A stretch of DNA of 64,000 nt from Nitrosopumilaceae archaeon (GTDB taxonomy: Archaea; Thermoproteota; Nitrososphaeria; Nitrososphaerales; Nitrosopumilaceae), in assembly GCA_965209085.1 (NCBI GenBank), contig OZ242376.1, forward strand, positions 288,001-352,000, in the 5' to 3' direction. Both the position numbers and the translations under genes were made by a program. Of the stretch, positions 19,742 through 30,013 are shown piece after piece; positions within the stretch are counted from its first letter, which is position 1; the number at the start of each line of letters is the position of its first letter. The notes under the pieces are model-generated. The model ran no database searches, was not told where the DNA came from, and was given only the letters and a program-made list of their open reading frames with translations.

Positions 19742-20246
19742 TGCGGTATTTTTGGCACTCTCTGTTCTTACCATCGGCTCTGCAATCGCAGCCTTGGAGA
19801 TGCGCTCGCTCATATACGGTTCAATAGCATTGATGGGAACCCTTGCCGGAATTGCCGGATTTTTCCTTTTACTTGATGCTCCATTTGTAGCGCTCTTTCA
19901 GATTGCCGTCTACGTAGGCTCCATTGCCGTACTGATACTCTTTACTGTAATGCTGGTGAAAAGGGAGCTTATTTTTACAAAAATCGAAGATCCGCGCAGA
20001 AGGTATGCGGGCATAGGGCTGATGCTTGTATTCATGATGGCAATCGGCGCAATCATCGTGGATTCTGGAATACGGCAAATTACAACAGATGAGCCGCCCG
20101 TGGACTTTACGTCCATTGGGGAGGACTTTTTGATTCATTATTGGCCGGCACTTATTGCAATGGCACTGATACTTTCTGCATCAGTAACTGCCGCGCTTGT
20201 CCTGGCAAGAAGGGAAGGGGAGATTCCAAATGAGCGAACTGATTGA
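19734..20246 (+). CDS. nuoJ: NADH-quinone oxidoreductase subunit J
   Basis: QIAVYVGSIAVLILF motif. Confidence 0.95.
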   Translation: MADAVFLALSVLTIGSAIAALEMRSLIYGSIALMGTLAGIAGFFLLLDAPFVALFQIAVYVGSIAVLILFTVMLVKRELIFTKIEDPRRRYAGIGLMLVFMMAIGAIIVDSGIRQITTDEPPVDFTSIGEDFLIHYWPALIAMALILSASVTAALVLARREGEIPNERTD

Positions 20247-20532
20247 CTTTTCACTCGTATCGGTGGCACTGCTTGCCATCGGAATATACGGCCTGGCCGT
20301 AAAACGCAACGCAATACGTATGCTCTTTTCAGTGGAGATTGTCATAAACGCGGCAAACCTCAATCTGGTGGCGTTTGCAAGATTTATTCCGAACAGCAGC
20401 GGGCAGACGTTGGCACTGTTTTCAATAGCCATAGCTGCTGCCGAAGTTGCCGTGGGACTCTCGCTGATAATCGTGGCATACCGCATATACAAAAACGTCG
20501 ACGTTGCAGAATTCCGGAGCCTGAAAGGTTAG
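20230..20532 (+). CDS. nuoK: NADH-quinone oxidoreductase subunit K
   Basis: SVEIVINA and AAAEVAVGL motifs. Confidence 0.96.
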   Translation: MSELIDFSLVSVALLAIGIYGLAVKRNAIRMLFSVEIVINAANLNLVAFARFIPNSSGQTLALFSIAIAAAEVAVGLSLIIVAYRIYKNVDVAEFRSLKG

Positions 20533-20533
20533 A

Positions 20534-22090
20534 ATGGAATATGCCCTACTGCAGGCAGTATTTCTGCCCCTTTTATTGTCCCCCGTAGCATACATTTTGG
20601 GAAGAAAACTTGGCATCTTTGCTGCAACGTGGTTTACGTTCGGACTGTTACTTTACTGTACGGTGCTGGTAATTATCGCCTCGTTGCAGGGCGGATACGA
20701 GGAGCACTATCCGTGGACCCAAATGTTTGGAGAGTTTGGATTTGCACTTGACGGACTTGCCTCGCCGTTTGCAATTCTCATATATGTAATGAGTACCATA
20801 TTGGCTATATACTCAAAACCTTACATGACCCACAAGTTTCAGGAAAAATACGCCCAAATGTACGGCTCTAATTCAGGCAGCGGGGGAACAAATACAATTG
20901 TCACAGGATCCGATTCTGAGAGATTTGTAAATTCCCAGTCCGGAACATACTATGCGCTCTTTTTGGTATTTGCAATGGGAATGCTTGGAACAATCCTGGC
21001 TACAAACCTGATTGAATTTTACATATTTTTCGAGGTAATGCTCATACCTGGTTTCTTTTTGGTGGCATTTTGGGGCGATGGGGCGCGGCGCAAAATCTCG
21101 CTCATGTTTCTGTTTTGGACGCACGTGGGTGCAGTCGTACTCTTGTTGGGATTTCTGGCAATAGGATTCTCCATTGGCAGCTTTGATTATGCTGACATTG
21201 CAGAGGCTGAACTTACAGGAAATCTAATGCTGATTGCCGCAGTTGCGATAATCCTCGGCCTTGGGGTAAAACTTGCAGCATTCATGTTCCACGTATGGCT
21301 TCCGTGGGTTCACGGCGCGGCCCCGACGCCGATAAGCGCGCTTTTATCGCCGGTCATGATTGGAATCGGCGCGTACGGAATATTCCGTCTGGTGATAGAG
21401 TTTATGCCGATGCAGTATGATCAGCTTGCCATATGGCTGCACGTCTGGGGGCTTGTCACCATGATATACGGCGGTGCCATGGCACTGATGCAAGATGACA
21501 TAAAGCGGCTCTTTGCGTATTCGAGCATAAGCCAGATGGGCTATCTGCTGTTTGGCATCGGCTCGTATTCTGCAACCGGACTTGCAGGTGCTGAAATGAT
21601 GTATGTAACGCACGCCCTGGGAAAAGGACTGCTCTTTATGACGGCGGGAATTCTCATAGTAAATGTTGGAACGCGCAGCCTCTCAAAGCTGGGCGGACTT
21701 GCCGGCAAGATGCCGATAACTGCAGTATGTGCAGTAATTGGCGCCCTGACGATAATGGGCGTGCCACCAACCAGCGGATTTATGGGTGAATGGATTGTAT
21801 TTTACGGAGCACTGGAGACTGCAATTGATGAGGGCTCCACCCTCCGCATGGTGACATTCGGACTTGGCATGCTTGCCACGGCCCTTACAATGGCGTACAT
21901 GCTGTGGATGTTAAAGCGCGTCTTTTTTGGCAAACTGCCAGAGAATTTATCACACGTCAAAGATGGCAGCTGGTACATGCTCGCCCCGATGATGATTTTG
22001 GCCGGATTTACAATAGTGCTTGGAATTTATCCTGATATTTTCCTGGAAGGAATAACCGGATACATGAACGGCGTACTGGGAGGAGCCTAA
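20534..22090 (+). CDS. nuoM: NADH-quinone oxidoreductase subunit M
   Basis: FYIFFE, HVWLP..H..AP and AYSSISQMG motifs. Confidence 0.94.
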   Translation: MEYALLQAVFLPLLLSPVAYILGRKLGIFAATWFTFGLLLYCTVLVIIASLQGGYEEHYPWTQMFGEFGFALDGLASPFAILIYVMSTILAIYSKPYMTHKFQEKYAQMYGSNSGSGGTNTIVTGSDSERFVNSQSGTYYALFLVFAMGMLGTILATNLIEFYIFFEVMLIPGFFLVAFWGDGARRKISLMFLFWTHVGAVVLLLGFLAIGFSIGSFDYADIAEAELTGNLMLIAAVAIILGLGVKLAAFMFHVWLPWVHGAAPTPISALLSPVMIGIGAYGIFRLVIEFMPMQYDQLAIWLHVWGLVTMIYGGAMALMQDDIKRLFAYSSISQMGYLLFGIGSYSATGLAGAEMMYVTHALGKGLLFMTAGILIVNVGTRSLSKLGGLAGKMPITAVCAVIGALTIMGVPPTSGFMGEWIVFYGALETAIDEGSTLRMVTFGLGMLATALTMAYMLWMLKRVFFGKLPENLSHVKDGSWYMLAPMMILAGFTIVLGIYPDIFLEGITGYMNGVLGGA

Positions 22091-22091
22091 A

Positions 22092-24155
22092 ATGGAATCA
22101 ATCTCATTTGGATTTGAAACACTTGCCCCGTGGCTTGTATGGATACTGCCGTTTGCAGCTGCACTGATTATTCCCGCAGTTGCCAAAGGATCCAAAAAAG
22201 CCATAGGATATACTGCGATCGCGTTTGCACTGATGAGCGCCCTCTCTGCGGCGTATCTTTTGCCAGGTGCGCTTGAATCCGGCGAAATACACCATCAGAT
22301 TGGATGGATTGACTCACTGGGTATCAAAGCCGGCGTGTTAGCTGACCCAATAGCTGTCATAATGGCAAACGTTGTCGCATGGATATCGTTCCTGATTATG
22401 ATATACAGCACAGGATACATGAAGGGCGAAAAGGATCTGACCCGATTTTGGTTTTGGATGCTGTTCTTTGTAGGATCCATGCAGCTGATCGTACTGTCTG
22501 ATAACCTCCTGCAGGTCTTCTTTGGATGGGAGGGCGTGGGGCTTGCCTCGTATGGACTGATTAGTTTCTGGTACAGGGACAAGGAAAAACATCACGTCGG
22601 AAGCTCCGATAGGTCAGTACTTGGCGTGCTGGATTACTATTCTCCCACACACGCGGGCATGAAGGCGTTCATCATGACAAAGGTTGGAGATATCATGATG
22701 CTTGCCGGAATGTTTTTGATATTTGCATTTGCCGGAACATTTGGATTCAAAGAGCTGCTAAATGATACGACATGGGCCACCTCGATGGCAGCACAGGGCC
22801 TGCTGGTACCTGCTGCCGTACTGCTGTTTGGAGGCGCGGTTGGAAAATCCGCCCAGTTTCCGCTAAACGAGTGGCTGATGGAAGCTATGACCGGACCTAC
22901 CGCAGTATCTGCACTCATACATGCTGCAACAATGGTTAAAGCGGGAGTCTTTTTGGTTGCCCGCATTGGTCCTTTATTTTTTGCACTAGGAGCTGCGGGA
23001 ATACTGGCCGACCAATTTTTCGAGGTTATCGCGTGGACCGGTGCGATTACCGCACTGTTACTTGCAACGCAGGGCATGGTGGCCAAGGAGATAAAAAAAG
23101 TGCTTGCATACTCTACCGGTTCACAGATTGGATACATGATGATGGCGCTTGGAATTGCCGGATTGTCGCACCAGTTTGTTGACGGATTTACCGCCGGATT
23201 CTACCACCTCATATCGCACGCAATATTCAAGGCCTCGCTGTTTATGGCTGCCGGCTCGCTGATACATGTAGTCGGCTCGAGATTTATGACCGACATGGGG
23301 GGATTGCGCAAACATATGAAAAAAACATACGTCTTCATGTGGGCTGCCGGTCTTGGACTGATGGGCGCCCCGTTCATTACAACGGGATTTTGGAGCAAGG
23401 ATGCCATATTTGCCGCCGTCTATGATTCCGGAAGCACATGGGCAGCTCCTATATTTGCAATCGCGGTTTTAACTGCGGTAATTACGGCATTTTACACTAC
23501 AAGAATGATAGGACTGGTATTCTTTGGACCAAAAAGCAAACATGCAGAAAAATTGGATGCAGAGCACCGTCTACATGAGGCACCGTTCTCAATGTGGGCC
23601 CCATATGGAATACTTGCCGTAATGACCATAGGGATAGGCCTAATCGGACTTTCAGTGGAAGGGGGGCTGCATAATCTCTTTGATGGATATCTCTCACATA
23701 CATTTGGCATACATTCGGATCATGTAGAAACGGCAGCATCCGTACTTCCCTCGTTCCTCTCGGGTCTAAATCCTGTGGCGCTTGGCGCCTCGCTTATTGC
23801 GTTTTCAGTTGGCATAGGGTTGGGATACGTGTTTTACATTGGACGGTTTGTGAGTGCTGAGAAATTTGTAAACAGTAACATTTTCTTCTACTCTATGCAC
23901 AAATTTTTCCTAAACAGGTGGTACATTAACGCCGGAATTTACTGGTGCTTTGTAATCGCCCCGCTGTGGCTTGCACGCGCAGTCTTTAGATACTTTGAAA
24001 AGACTGTCATAGATTACGGAATGAACATGGGAATGCAAAAAGCGGTAGGATGGAGCGCAAAGGTGGTCCAGGGTACTCAAACCGGGGTTGCCCAGTCGTA
24101 TCTGTTCGTATTTGGAGCGGGGATTTTATTTCTAGCCCTGATACTGCTAATGTAG
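22092..24155 (+). CDS. nuoL: NADH-quinone oxidoreductase subunit L
   Basis: GKSAQFPL and AMTGPTAVSALIHAATMV motifs. Confidence 0.96.
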   Translation: MESISFGFETLAPWLVWILPFAAALIIPAVAKGSKKAIGYTAIAFALMSALSAAYLLPGALESGEIHHQIGWIDSLGIKAGVLADPIAVIMANVVAWISFLIMIYSTGYMKGEKDLTRFWFWMLFFVGSMQLIVLSDNLLQVFFGWEGVGLASYGLISFWYRDKEKHHVGSSDRSVLGVLDYYSPTHAGMKAFIMTKVGDIMMLAGMFLIFAFAGTFGFKELLNDTTWATSMAAQGLLVPAAVLLFGGAVGKSAQFPLNEWLMEAMTGPTAVSALIHAATMVKAGVFLVARIGPLFFALGAAGILADQFFEVIAWTGAITALLLATQGMVAKEIKKVLAYSTGSQIGYMMMALGIAGLSHQFVDGFTAGFYHLISHAIFKASLFMAAGSLIHVVGSRFMTDMGGLRKHMKKTYVFMWAAGLGLMGAPFITTGFWSKDAIFAAVYDSGSTWAAPIFAIAVLTAVITAFYTTRMIGLVFFGPKSKHAEKLDAEHRLHEAPFSMWAPYGILAVMTIGIGLIGLSVEGGLHNLFDGYLSHTFGIHSDHVETAASVLPSFLSGLNPVALGASLIAFSVGIGLGYVFYIGRFVSAEKFVNSNIFFYSMHKFFLNRWYINAGIYWCFVIAPLWLARAVFRYFEKTVIDYGMNMGMQKAVGWSAKVVQGTQTGVAQSYLFVFGAGILFLALILLM

Positions 24156-24165
24156 GTGTGATGGT

Positions 24166-25644
24166 ATGATTGAACTCTTTTCAACCCCGATGGTACTAGT
24201 GGCAATTTTGGGAACGGTTGGCGTTTTACTCCCTGTGGTAAGCATTGCTAGAAAGGAGCGCGGCTCAAGCCCGTTTTATGGTCTAATCGCCCTTGGATCT
24301 CTTGGAGCGTCTATGGCGTTTATCGGATATAGGATCTTGACTGATTCCATACAGCCTGCCGCCCTCTTTTCCAAAGAAGTTTTATCAGATGATATGTTTG
24401 GGGCATTTTTTGCAATTGCCATGCTAATCGTTGCGGCAATGACCACCGTAGGATCATTCAACTATATGCGCAAACACGGACACCATGCCGTCTATTATTC
24501 GCTCATCCTCATGTCAGCTGTAGGAATGGTGCTTGTGGCATATTCTGCGGATCTTGTCATGCTCTTTGTAGCCTGGGAGCTTATGAGCATCCCAACGTAT
24601 GCACTAGTAGCATTTGCAAAACGCGACCCGTCTTCAAACGAAGCTGCCATAAAATATTTCCTGTTTGGAGCTTTAGCTTCGGCAATAATCGTATATGCAA
24701 TATCGTTGGCGTACGGAATTACCGGCTCTACAAACATTGGCGATGTTATACAGGGTTTTTCAAATTTGGATTCGGCAATGCTGCCGCTGGGTCTGCTCTC
24801 AGTGGCCCTGTTTATAGCCGGATTTGGATTCAAGATGGGGCTGGTGCCGTTTCACATGTGGCTTCCGGATACGTACGAGGGCGCACCTGCACCCGTTACA
24901 GCACTGCTTGCAGCCGGAACCAAAAAAGCCGGATTTGCAGCGGCATTGCGCGTAGTGGTTATGGGTGCAGTAGCTTTGAGCATAGACTGGACGCTGGCGC
25001 TTGGAATCATTGCCATAATGACGATGACTGTTGGAAACGTTGCAGCCATAATGCAGAAAAACCTCTCCCGCATGCTTGCATACTCTAGCATAGGACACGC
25101 AGGGTATATCCTGATAGGACTTGCAGTGGCGCCATACTCACCAACCGGTCTTAGCGGCTCGATGCTCCACATCATGAATCATGCGGTAATGAAGGGTGCA
25201 GCATTCATTGCAATCGCCGGAATAACTGTAGCTTTGGCCACAACCCAACTTGACAAAATAAAAGGTCTTGGACGGCGCATGCCGATTACCTCTATAGGAC
25301 TGCTTGTATCCTTGTTGGCGCTTGCCGGCGTGCCGCCCCTGAACGGATTTTGGTCAAAACTGATGCTCTTTGGCGGAGCAATTGATGCCGGCTCTGTTGC
25401 ACCATGGGCTCCGTGGCTTGCAATTGCCGGAGTTTTAAACAGCGCCCTCTCGCTTGCATATTACGGATGGATTATCCGTAAAATGTACTTTGAAGGGGAA
25501 AATGAAAAACGGATCTCTGAGCCAAAATCCATAATCGCCGTAATGATATTCTCGGTAATATTCATGGTCGGCTTTGGCGTGTATCCTGACCCGCTTATTC
25601 AGTTTGCACAGAGCGCAGCTCCTGTAATAGGCCTTATGCCTTGA
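24166..25644 (+). CDS. nuoN: NADH-quinone oxidoreductase subunit N
   Basis: EAAIKYF and PFHMWLPDTYEGAP motifs. Confidence 0.96.
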   Translation: MIELFSTPMVLVAILGTVGVLLPVVSIARKERGSSPFYGLIALGSLGASMAFIGYRILTDSIQPAALFSKEVLSDDMFGAFFAIAMLIVAAMTTVGSFNYMRKHGHHAVYYSLILMSAVGMVLVAYSADLVMLFVAWELMSIPTYALVAFAKRDPSSNEAAIKYFLFGALASAIIVYAISLAYGITGSTNIGDVIQGFSNLDSAMLPLGLLSVALFIAGFGFKMGLVPFHMWLPDTYEGAPAPVTALLAAGTKKAGFAAALRVVVMGAVALSIDWTLALGIIAIMTMTVGNVAAIMQKNLSRMLAYSSIGHAGYILIGLAVAPYSPTGLSGSMLHIMNHAVMKGAAFIAIAGITVALATTQLDKIKGLGRRMPITSIGLLVSLLALAGVPPLNGFWSKLMLFGGAIDAGSVAPWAPWLAIAGVLNSALSLAYYGWIIRKMYFEGENEKRISEPKSIIAVMIFSVIFMVGFGVYPDPLIQFAQSAAPVIGLMP

Positions 25645-26491
25645 ACATTGTAAATTCCACGAGCGTTTCCAGCTTGAGTCTTGCATGAGATTCCGGCAGC
25701 TTTGATAAGGCAGTGCGAGCTTTGGACGAGTAATTTTTGAGCATCTCATCCATCTTGTCAAATACATCCCTTGGATCTTTTGATTTTTTTATCAAAATAT
25801 TGAATAATTTATCCTCGTTTTTCCAGTCCAAAAGATCGTCGCGTATCTGGTATGCAATGCCGATATTTTTTCCAAACGCAGTTAATGCTTTCACGTGCAT
25901 ATCAGAACCGCCGGAAATTGCAGCTCCAATCTTTGCGGCTGCCTCAAAGACTGCCGCAGTCTTGTATTCTATCACTTTGAGATAGTCATTAAATGTAACA
26001 TCGCATCCGTTCTCCAGTCTTCCCTCCATTGCCTCGCCTTCACTCATCTGCATGGCAGCTGTGGCAAGATCCTTTGTTATGCGCGGATTGTCAAGACGCG
26101 AGGCGATATTCAGTATGAGTCCGAGTACAAAATCGCCGCTAAGTATGCTCTTATTTTGGCCGTATTTTACATGAAATGGCTTGCGCAATCTCCGCTGTTT
26201 TTCATCGTCTATAATGTCATCGTGTATTACCGACTCTGTATGCAGAAATTCCACAGCACACGCTGCTGCATACACGTTTTCATCAGCGTCCCCCCCTCCT
26301 GCGCTTTCTGCGGCAAGGGCAAGTATTATGGGGCGGATTCTTTTGCCTCCTGCCACGGCGTATTTTAGCGGCTCTACGAATTCTGAGCCAGAGTACAGAT
26401 TTAATTCCGCCTCTAGAGCCATGTCTATACGCTCTATATGCACTCCATATGATTCTAAAAGGGGATTTGTCTTGATATTTTTTCTATCCAT
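25634..26491 (-). CDS. Polyprenyl (geranylgeranyl) diphosphate synthase
   Basis: GGKRIRP, HDDIID..RR and YQIRDD motifs. Confidence 0.95.
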   Translation of the reverse strand: MDRKNIKTNPLLESYGVHIERIDMALEAELNLYSGSEFVEPLKYAVAGGKRIRPIILALAAESAGGGDADENVYAAACAVEFLHTESVIHDDIIDDEKQRRLRKPFHVKYGQNKSILSGDFVLGLILNIASRLDNPRITKDLATAAMQMSEGEAMEGRLENGCDVTFNDYLKVIEYKTAAVFEAAAKIGAAISGGSDMHVKALTAFGKNIGIAYQIRDDLLDWKNEDKLFNILIKKSKDPRDVFDKMDEMLKNYSSKARTALSKLPESHARLKLETLVEFTMFKA

Positions 26492-26528
26492 TTGCTGATT
26501 TTAGTGCATAAAAATGCTAATTAAATCT

Positions 26529-26623
26529 TGGTGCTCCAGTCGGGATTTTCATCTTTTGGAGTTTGAACCCGAGATCACTGCCTTGAAAGGGCAGTATGCT
26601 TGACCGGTCTACACCACTGGAGC
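26529..26623 (-). tRNA. tRNA-Glu(UUC) with a 16-nt non-canonical intron in the T-loop
   Basis: CTGCC-CTTTCAA-GGCAG anticodon arm; GGGTTCAAA[CTCCAAAAGATGAAAA]TCCC; CCA encoded. Confidence 0.9.
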
Positions 26624-26702
26624 CCGATCTTGGTCAGTATAGGCGCCCTTAAAAAGCAATTTGTAACAAAGATTTTTTTATCGGCTTTTGGAGAATGACT
26701 CT

Positions 26703-27380
26703 ATGGACATATCATCTAAAATCGACGAACTGGTACGGGAGCACAGTCTGTTAAAACACCCGTTTTATCAGAGATGGTCTGATGGCAAACTAGAGATGCA
26801 ATCGCTTGCCGGATATTCAAAAGAATATTACCAGCTTGTAAAGGCAGTCCCTGAATTTATGAGCCCGCTTATAACAATGTCCCCTGTGAGCTCTAAAAAA
26901 GAGCTAGAGGAGAACCGTACGGAGGAATCCGAGCATATTGCGCTGTGGGAAAAATTTGCCGGCTCTTTGGGGATTGATTCTGGGCAGCTTTTGGCATACG
27001 GGGGCAGTGAAAAAACCCGCAGAGCCGTTTCTAGACTTGCCGCATTGATGGGTACGCTTGGGCAAGGCGCGGCTGCAATGTATGCGTTTGAAAAAGAAAT
27101 TCCTGAATTAAGCCGGATCAAACTGGAAGGACTGAAAGAATTTTACGGCATGGATTCAAAAGATGCGACAGATTATTTTAAACTGCACATAACAGCTGAC
27201 GTGCGACACGCCGCATCATGGAGAAACATTATAGACACATCTGATGAATCCGCAGATGATCTTTACAGTGCGGCAGTTAAATCCGTATGGGCGCAAAATC
27301 TTTTGCTTGACACGTGTTATGAGCAGTACTTCCATAATACTTTATATCATGACGACTGTCGGTTTGATCAGGGCCCGTAA
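26703..27380 (+). CDS. CADD/PqqC-like heme-oxygenase-fold dimetal oxidase
   Basis: LLKHPFYQRWS, EESEH, YAFE...K and YF..H...D..H metal ligands. Confidence 0.85.
   Translation: MDISSKIDELVREHSLLKHPFYQRWSDGKLEMQSLAGYSKEYYQLVKAVPEFMSPLITMSPVSSKKELEENRTEESEHIALWEKFAGSLGIDSGQLLAYGGSEKTRRAVSRLAALMGTLGQGAAAMYAFEKEIPELSRIKLEGLKEFYGMDSKDATDYFKLHITADVRHAASWRNIIDTSDESADDLYSAAVKSVWAQNLLLDTCYEQYFHNTLYHDDCRFDQGP
27341..27348 (+). promoter_or_regulatory. TATA box for the tRNA(CAU) gene
   Basis: TTTATATC 30 nt upstream of the tRNA start. Confidence 0.5.
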
Positions 27381-27444
27381 CTCAGCTTGGTAGAGTAACC
27401 GACTCATAATCGGTGAGCCAAGGGATCGAAGCCCTTCGGGCCCA
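27371..27444 (+). tRNA. tRNA with CAU anticodon, probably tRNA-Ile2 (agmatidine type)
   Basis: ACCGA-CTCATAA-TCGGT anticodon arm; GGGCCCG acceptor stem is typical of archaeal Ile rather than Met tRNAs. Confidence 0.88.
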
Positions 27445-28398
27445 TCATTACATCTTGCAACGAAGAGAACACGTTTGTATCATGGAATCATTACTAGATG
27501 GTCATCATTTTGACTTTGAAATTATGATGATAAAAATCACATCACACATGAAATAAAAAAATGCACAATCTGCAAAAAATGTCTGATGAATCTTTAATGG
27601 CCTTTACGAACCGTTCCTAAATTCATTCTTTACTATACATTCTGGTCATATGGTACAGATAATTGCCATTATCAATTATATAATCCAAATGTTCATCAGC
27701 ATGCTTTTTTTATCATCACTGCTCGGAGCCGTTTTTTTGTAGTGTTGATTCTCTGCTTTCATCTTTTTCCAGCCTGCGATCATCTCTGCCTGCATGGAGA
27801 TTTTATGCCTGTCTGGGGAATACATACTGTGAATATGATCCTTTATCCGTCAAAATTGCTTTTTTTGGTCAATTATGCACAACCTCTATTGACTAATACA
27901 TTCCAAATAATACATGAGCGCCGTTGCCGTATTTGCACTAGTATTGCTCTCCTCGTTGCCATTTGTAATGGAGATCCCATGGTAAAAACGTCTTTGAAGA
28001 TGTGCTCAGTATCGTTTAATAGCTGACCTCATACTAGAGCGCACTAGACCATCTATCTGCCGTACGCGGATGCATAATGCAGCGTACAATTCTATATGTG
28101 TGTGTGATAACATGCGAGAATAATTCGGACATTTATACGTGCTAGCAAATTAACGCCGCACCGTCGGCAAACTTGATTTTCCTGCATTTATCCATTGGTT
28201 TTTTATATCTCAAAAATAGAATCTTGTATGTTTTATCCTGACCGAATTGAACGTATTTTATTGATTTTATTAAAATGACCCTGTTTACTAGATTTTCGTG
28301 TCTATATCCACGAATTAAAAATTACTGTGGATTTTTGGTATCATTTATGAAGTCATCTGGGGCAATACTTGATATATGGCAACGTCCATATCGAATAC

Positions 28399-28638
28399 AT
28401 GGCAACCGCATACGTTCTGATAAACTGCGAACTTGGCTCCGAGGAACCAATCATAAAACAGCTTAAAGATTTGGATGGAGTGCGCGAAGTACACGGTACT
28501 TTTGGCGCTTATGACATTTTGGCAAAGATAGAATCCGATACGGTGGAAAAACTCCGGGAAACAATCACATGGAAAATCCGTAAAATAGACAAAATCCGCT
28601 CAACGCTCACACTTATGGGCATAGACGGACAGACATAA
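28399..28638 (+). CDS. Stand-alone Lrp/AsnC ligand-binding (RAM) domain protein
   Basis: AYVLINC...GAYDI...IRSTLTL pattern. Confidence 0.92.
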   Translation: MATAYVLINCELGSEEPIIKQLKDLDGVREVHGTFGAYDILAKIESDTVEKLRETITWKIRKIDKIRSTLTLMGIDGQT

Positions 28639-28653
28639 TCCTCGGAAACTATT

Positions 28654-29232
28654 TTGCGCTTATCTTTTATTTTCATGTCTGCTCGGGACGATCTGAATCT
28701 GCGTGAAAAAGAATATTCATACGTGCACCGCATGGCAAATTTTTACTCATCATGGGTGCGGGAAAATTTCAACGAGGATTTTCAGACAAGCTGCGATCAG
28801 ATGGCCGTTGACAAGCGAGGACTACTGGACAGAATTGACACGCACACGCTGCTAAAAGATCATAATTCCAGGGATCCGGAAACGCTTCATTTCTATCTTG
28901 CAAACTTTAGGCCCATCTGGACTGACTGCACGTGCGAGGGGTATTCTGCGGAAAATTTTGGCATGTCACTCTGGCTTCAACCCAAAGACGGCGATGACGT
29001 GGATGATTTTTGCGCAACGAAAAACTGTCCTGTGGTATCGCACGTCCTGTGCCATGAGATGCTGCGGCGTAGCGGATACAAACGGCACGAGCAGGACGTA
29101 CATGAAGTATGGATGCGGCACTATCACGGAAGATTTGCACTACGGACGTACGATACGGATCATGCAGAGACAAAAGACAAACCTCTTTTTACCACGATTG
29201 ACGTGCAGGCGGTAAAAGCACTCAGTCGTTGA
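28654..29232 (+). CDS. Conserved hypothetical protein, zincin-like (SHVLCHE)
   Basis: 192-aa ORF with His/Cys cluster. Confidence 0.7.
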   Translation: MRLSFIFMSARDDLNLREKEYSYVHRMANFYSSWVRENFNEDFQTSCDQMAVDKRGLLDRIDTHTLLKDHNSRDPETLHFYLANFRPIWTDCTCEGYSAENFGMSLWLQPKDGDDVDDFCATKNCPVVSHVLCHEMLRRSGYKRHEQDVHEVWMRHYHGRFALRTYDTDHAETKDKPLFTTIDVQAVKALSR

Positions 29233-29854
29233 TTATGGAATAAATATTGCCCTCGAAATTTGCAAGCCGGAAGCTTAACGCGTTTTCAGGATCTGCGGGT
29301 CTCTCATCTGAGAGTCTTCCAAGCTCAGCTACAGCCTCTGTACTAAAACCTACAGACGAACCGTATACGGCCTCTACTAGCTGTGTGCCGTGATCGCCGG
29401 CCTTTATGTCATCTACAATGCGGTAAAACTTTGAAGTTTCTTTTTTGTTTATTGAATTGCCTACTGCCTTGTTAAAGGCCACTGCCGTATACATGCCGTT
29501 GCTTTTTACGGCAACCTGTACCTTGTGGTTTTTTCCAGTACCGCCAGGGATTGACTCGTCTACGAGTATTTCACACTTGTGATACATGCTAGTAACATAT
29601 GCGTAAAACCTCAAATTCGCAAATTTGCCTTCCTTGTCCTCGGCTGTATTCACAAACACCTTGTGCAGCATTTCTAGTGCGCGGTTGTTCATGCTCTGCA
29701 GCCTGTCATCTATGCGGCCTTTTTCAAGCAAATCCGAACCGCATTCCTTTGCCACAATGTTTAGGACAAAGTCAGGCAGATTGTAATTCTTCAGATCTGT
29801 AATGAGGGTGCCAGACTGTGACATGCTGAATTTGGGAAATCCTTTGTTTACCAT
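29222..29854 (-). CDS. Conserved thaumarchaeal hypothetical protein
   Basis: 210-aa ORF with backbone composition. Confidence 0.75.
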   Translation of the reverse strand: MVNKGFPKFSMSQSGTLITDLKNYNLPDFVLNIVAKECGSDLLEKGRIDDRLQSMNNRALEMLHKVFVNTAEDKEGKFANLRFYAYVTSMYHKCEILVDESIPGGTGKNHKVQVAVKSNGMYTAVAFNKAVGNSINKKETSKFYRIVDDIKAGDHGTQLVEAVYGSSVGFSTEAVAELGRLSDERPADPENALSFRLANFEGNIYSIIND

Positions 29855-30013
29855 TTTTCATACAATCCGCTATACATCAGTGTAAAAATGTAGCCTTTGT
29901 TTATAATTGTTAAGCGTAATATGCCATCAGGATGTAGCGCATACTGCGGTTTTTGACGCCAAACGTACACGCTGTGTGCAAATTATAAATTCATGTAAGC
30001 GCATACATAGTAC

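Noticed and set aside
15357-25644. Complex I lacking NuoEFG, with M before L
   Set aside because: This is the standard 11-subunit arrangement in Thaumarchaeota, so it is not novel.
27900-27990. Minus-strand ITNGNE resembling a Fic motif
   Set aside because: The similarity is too short and frame-broken to support.
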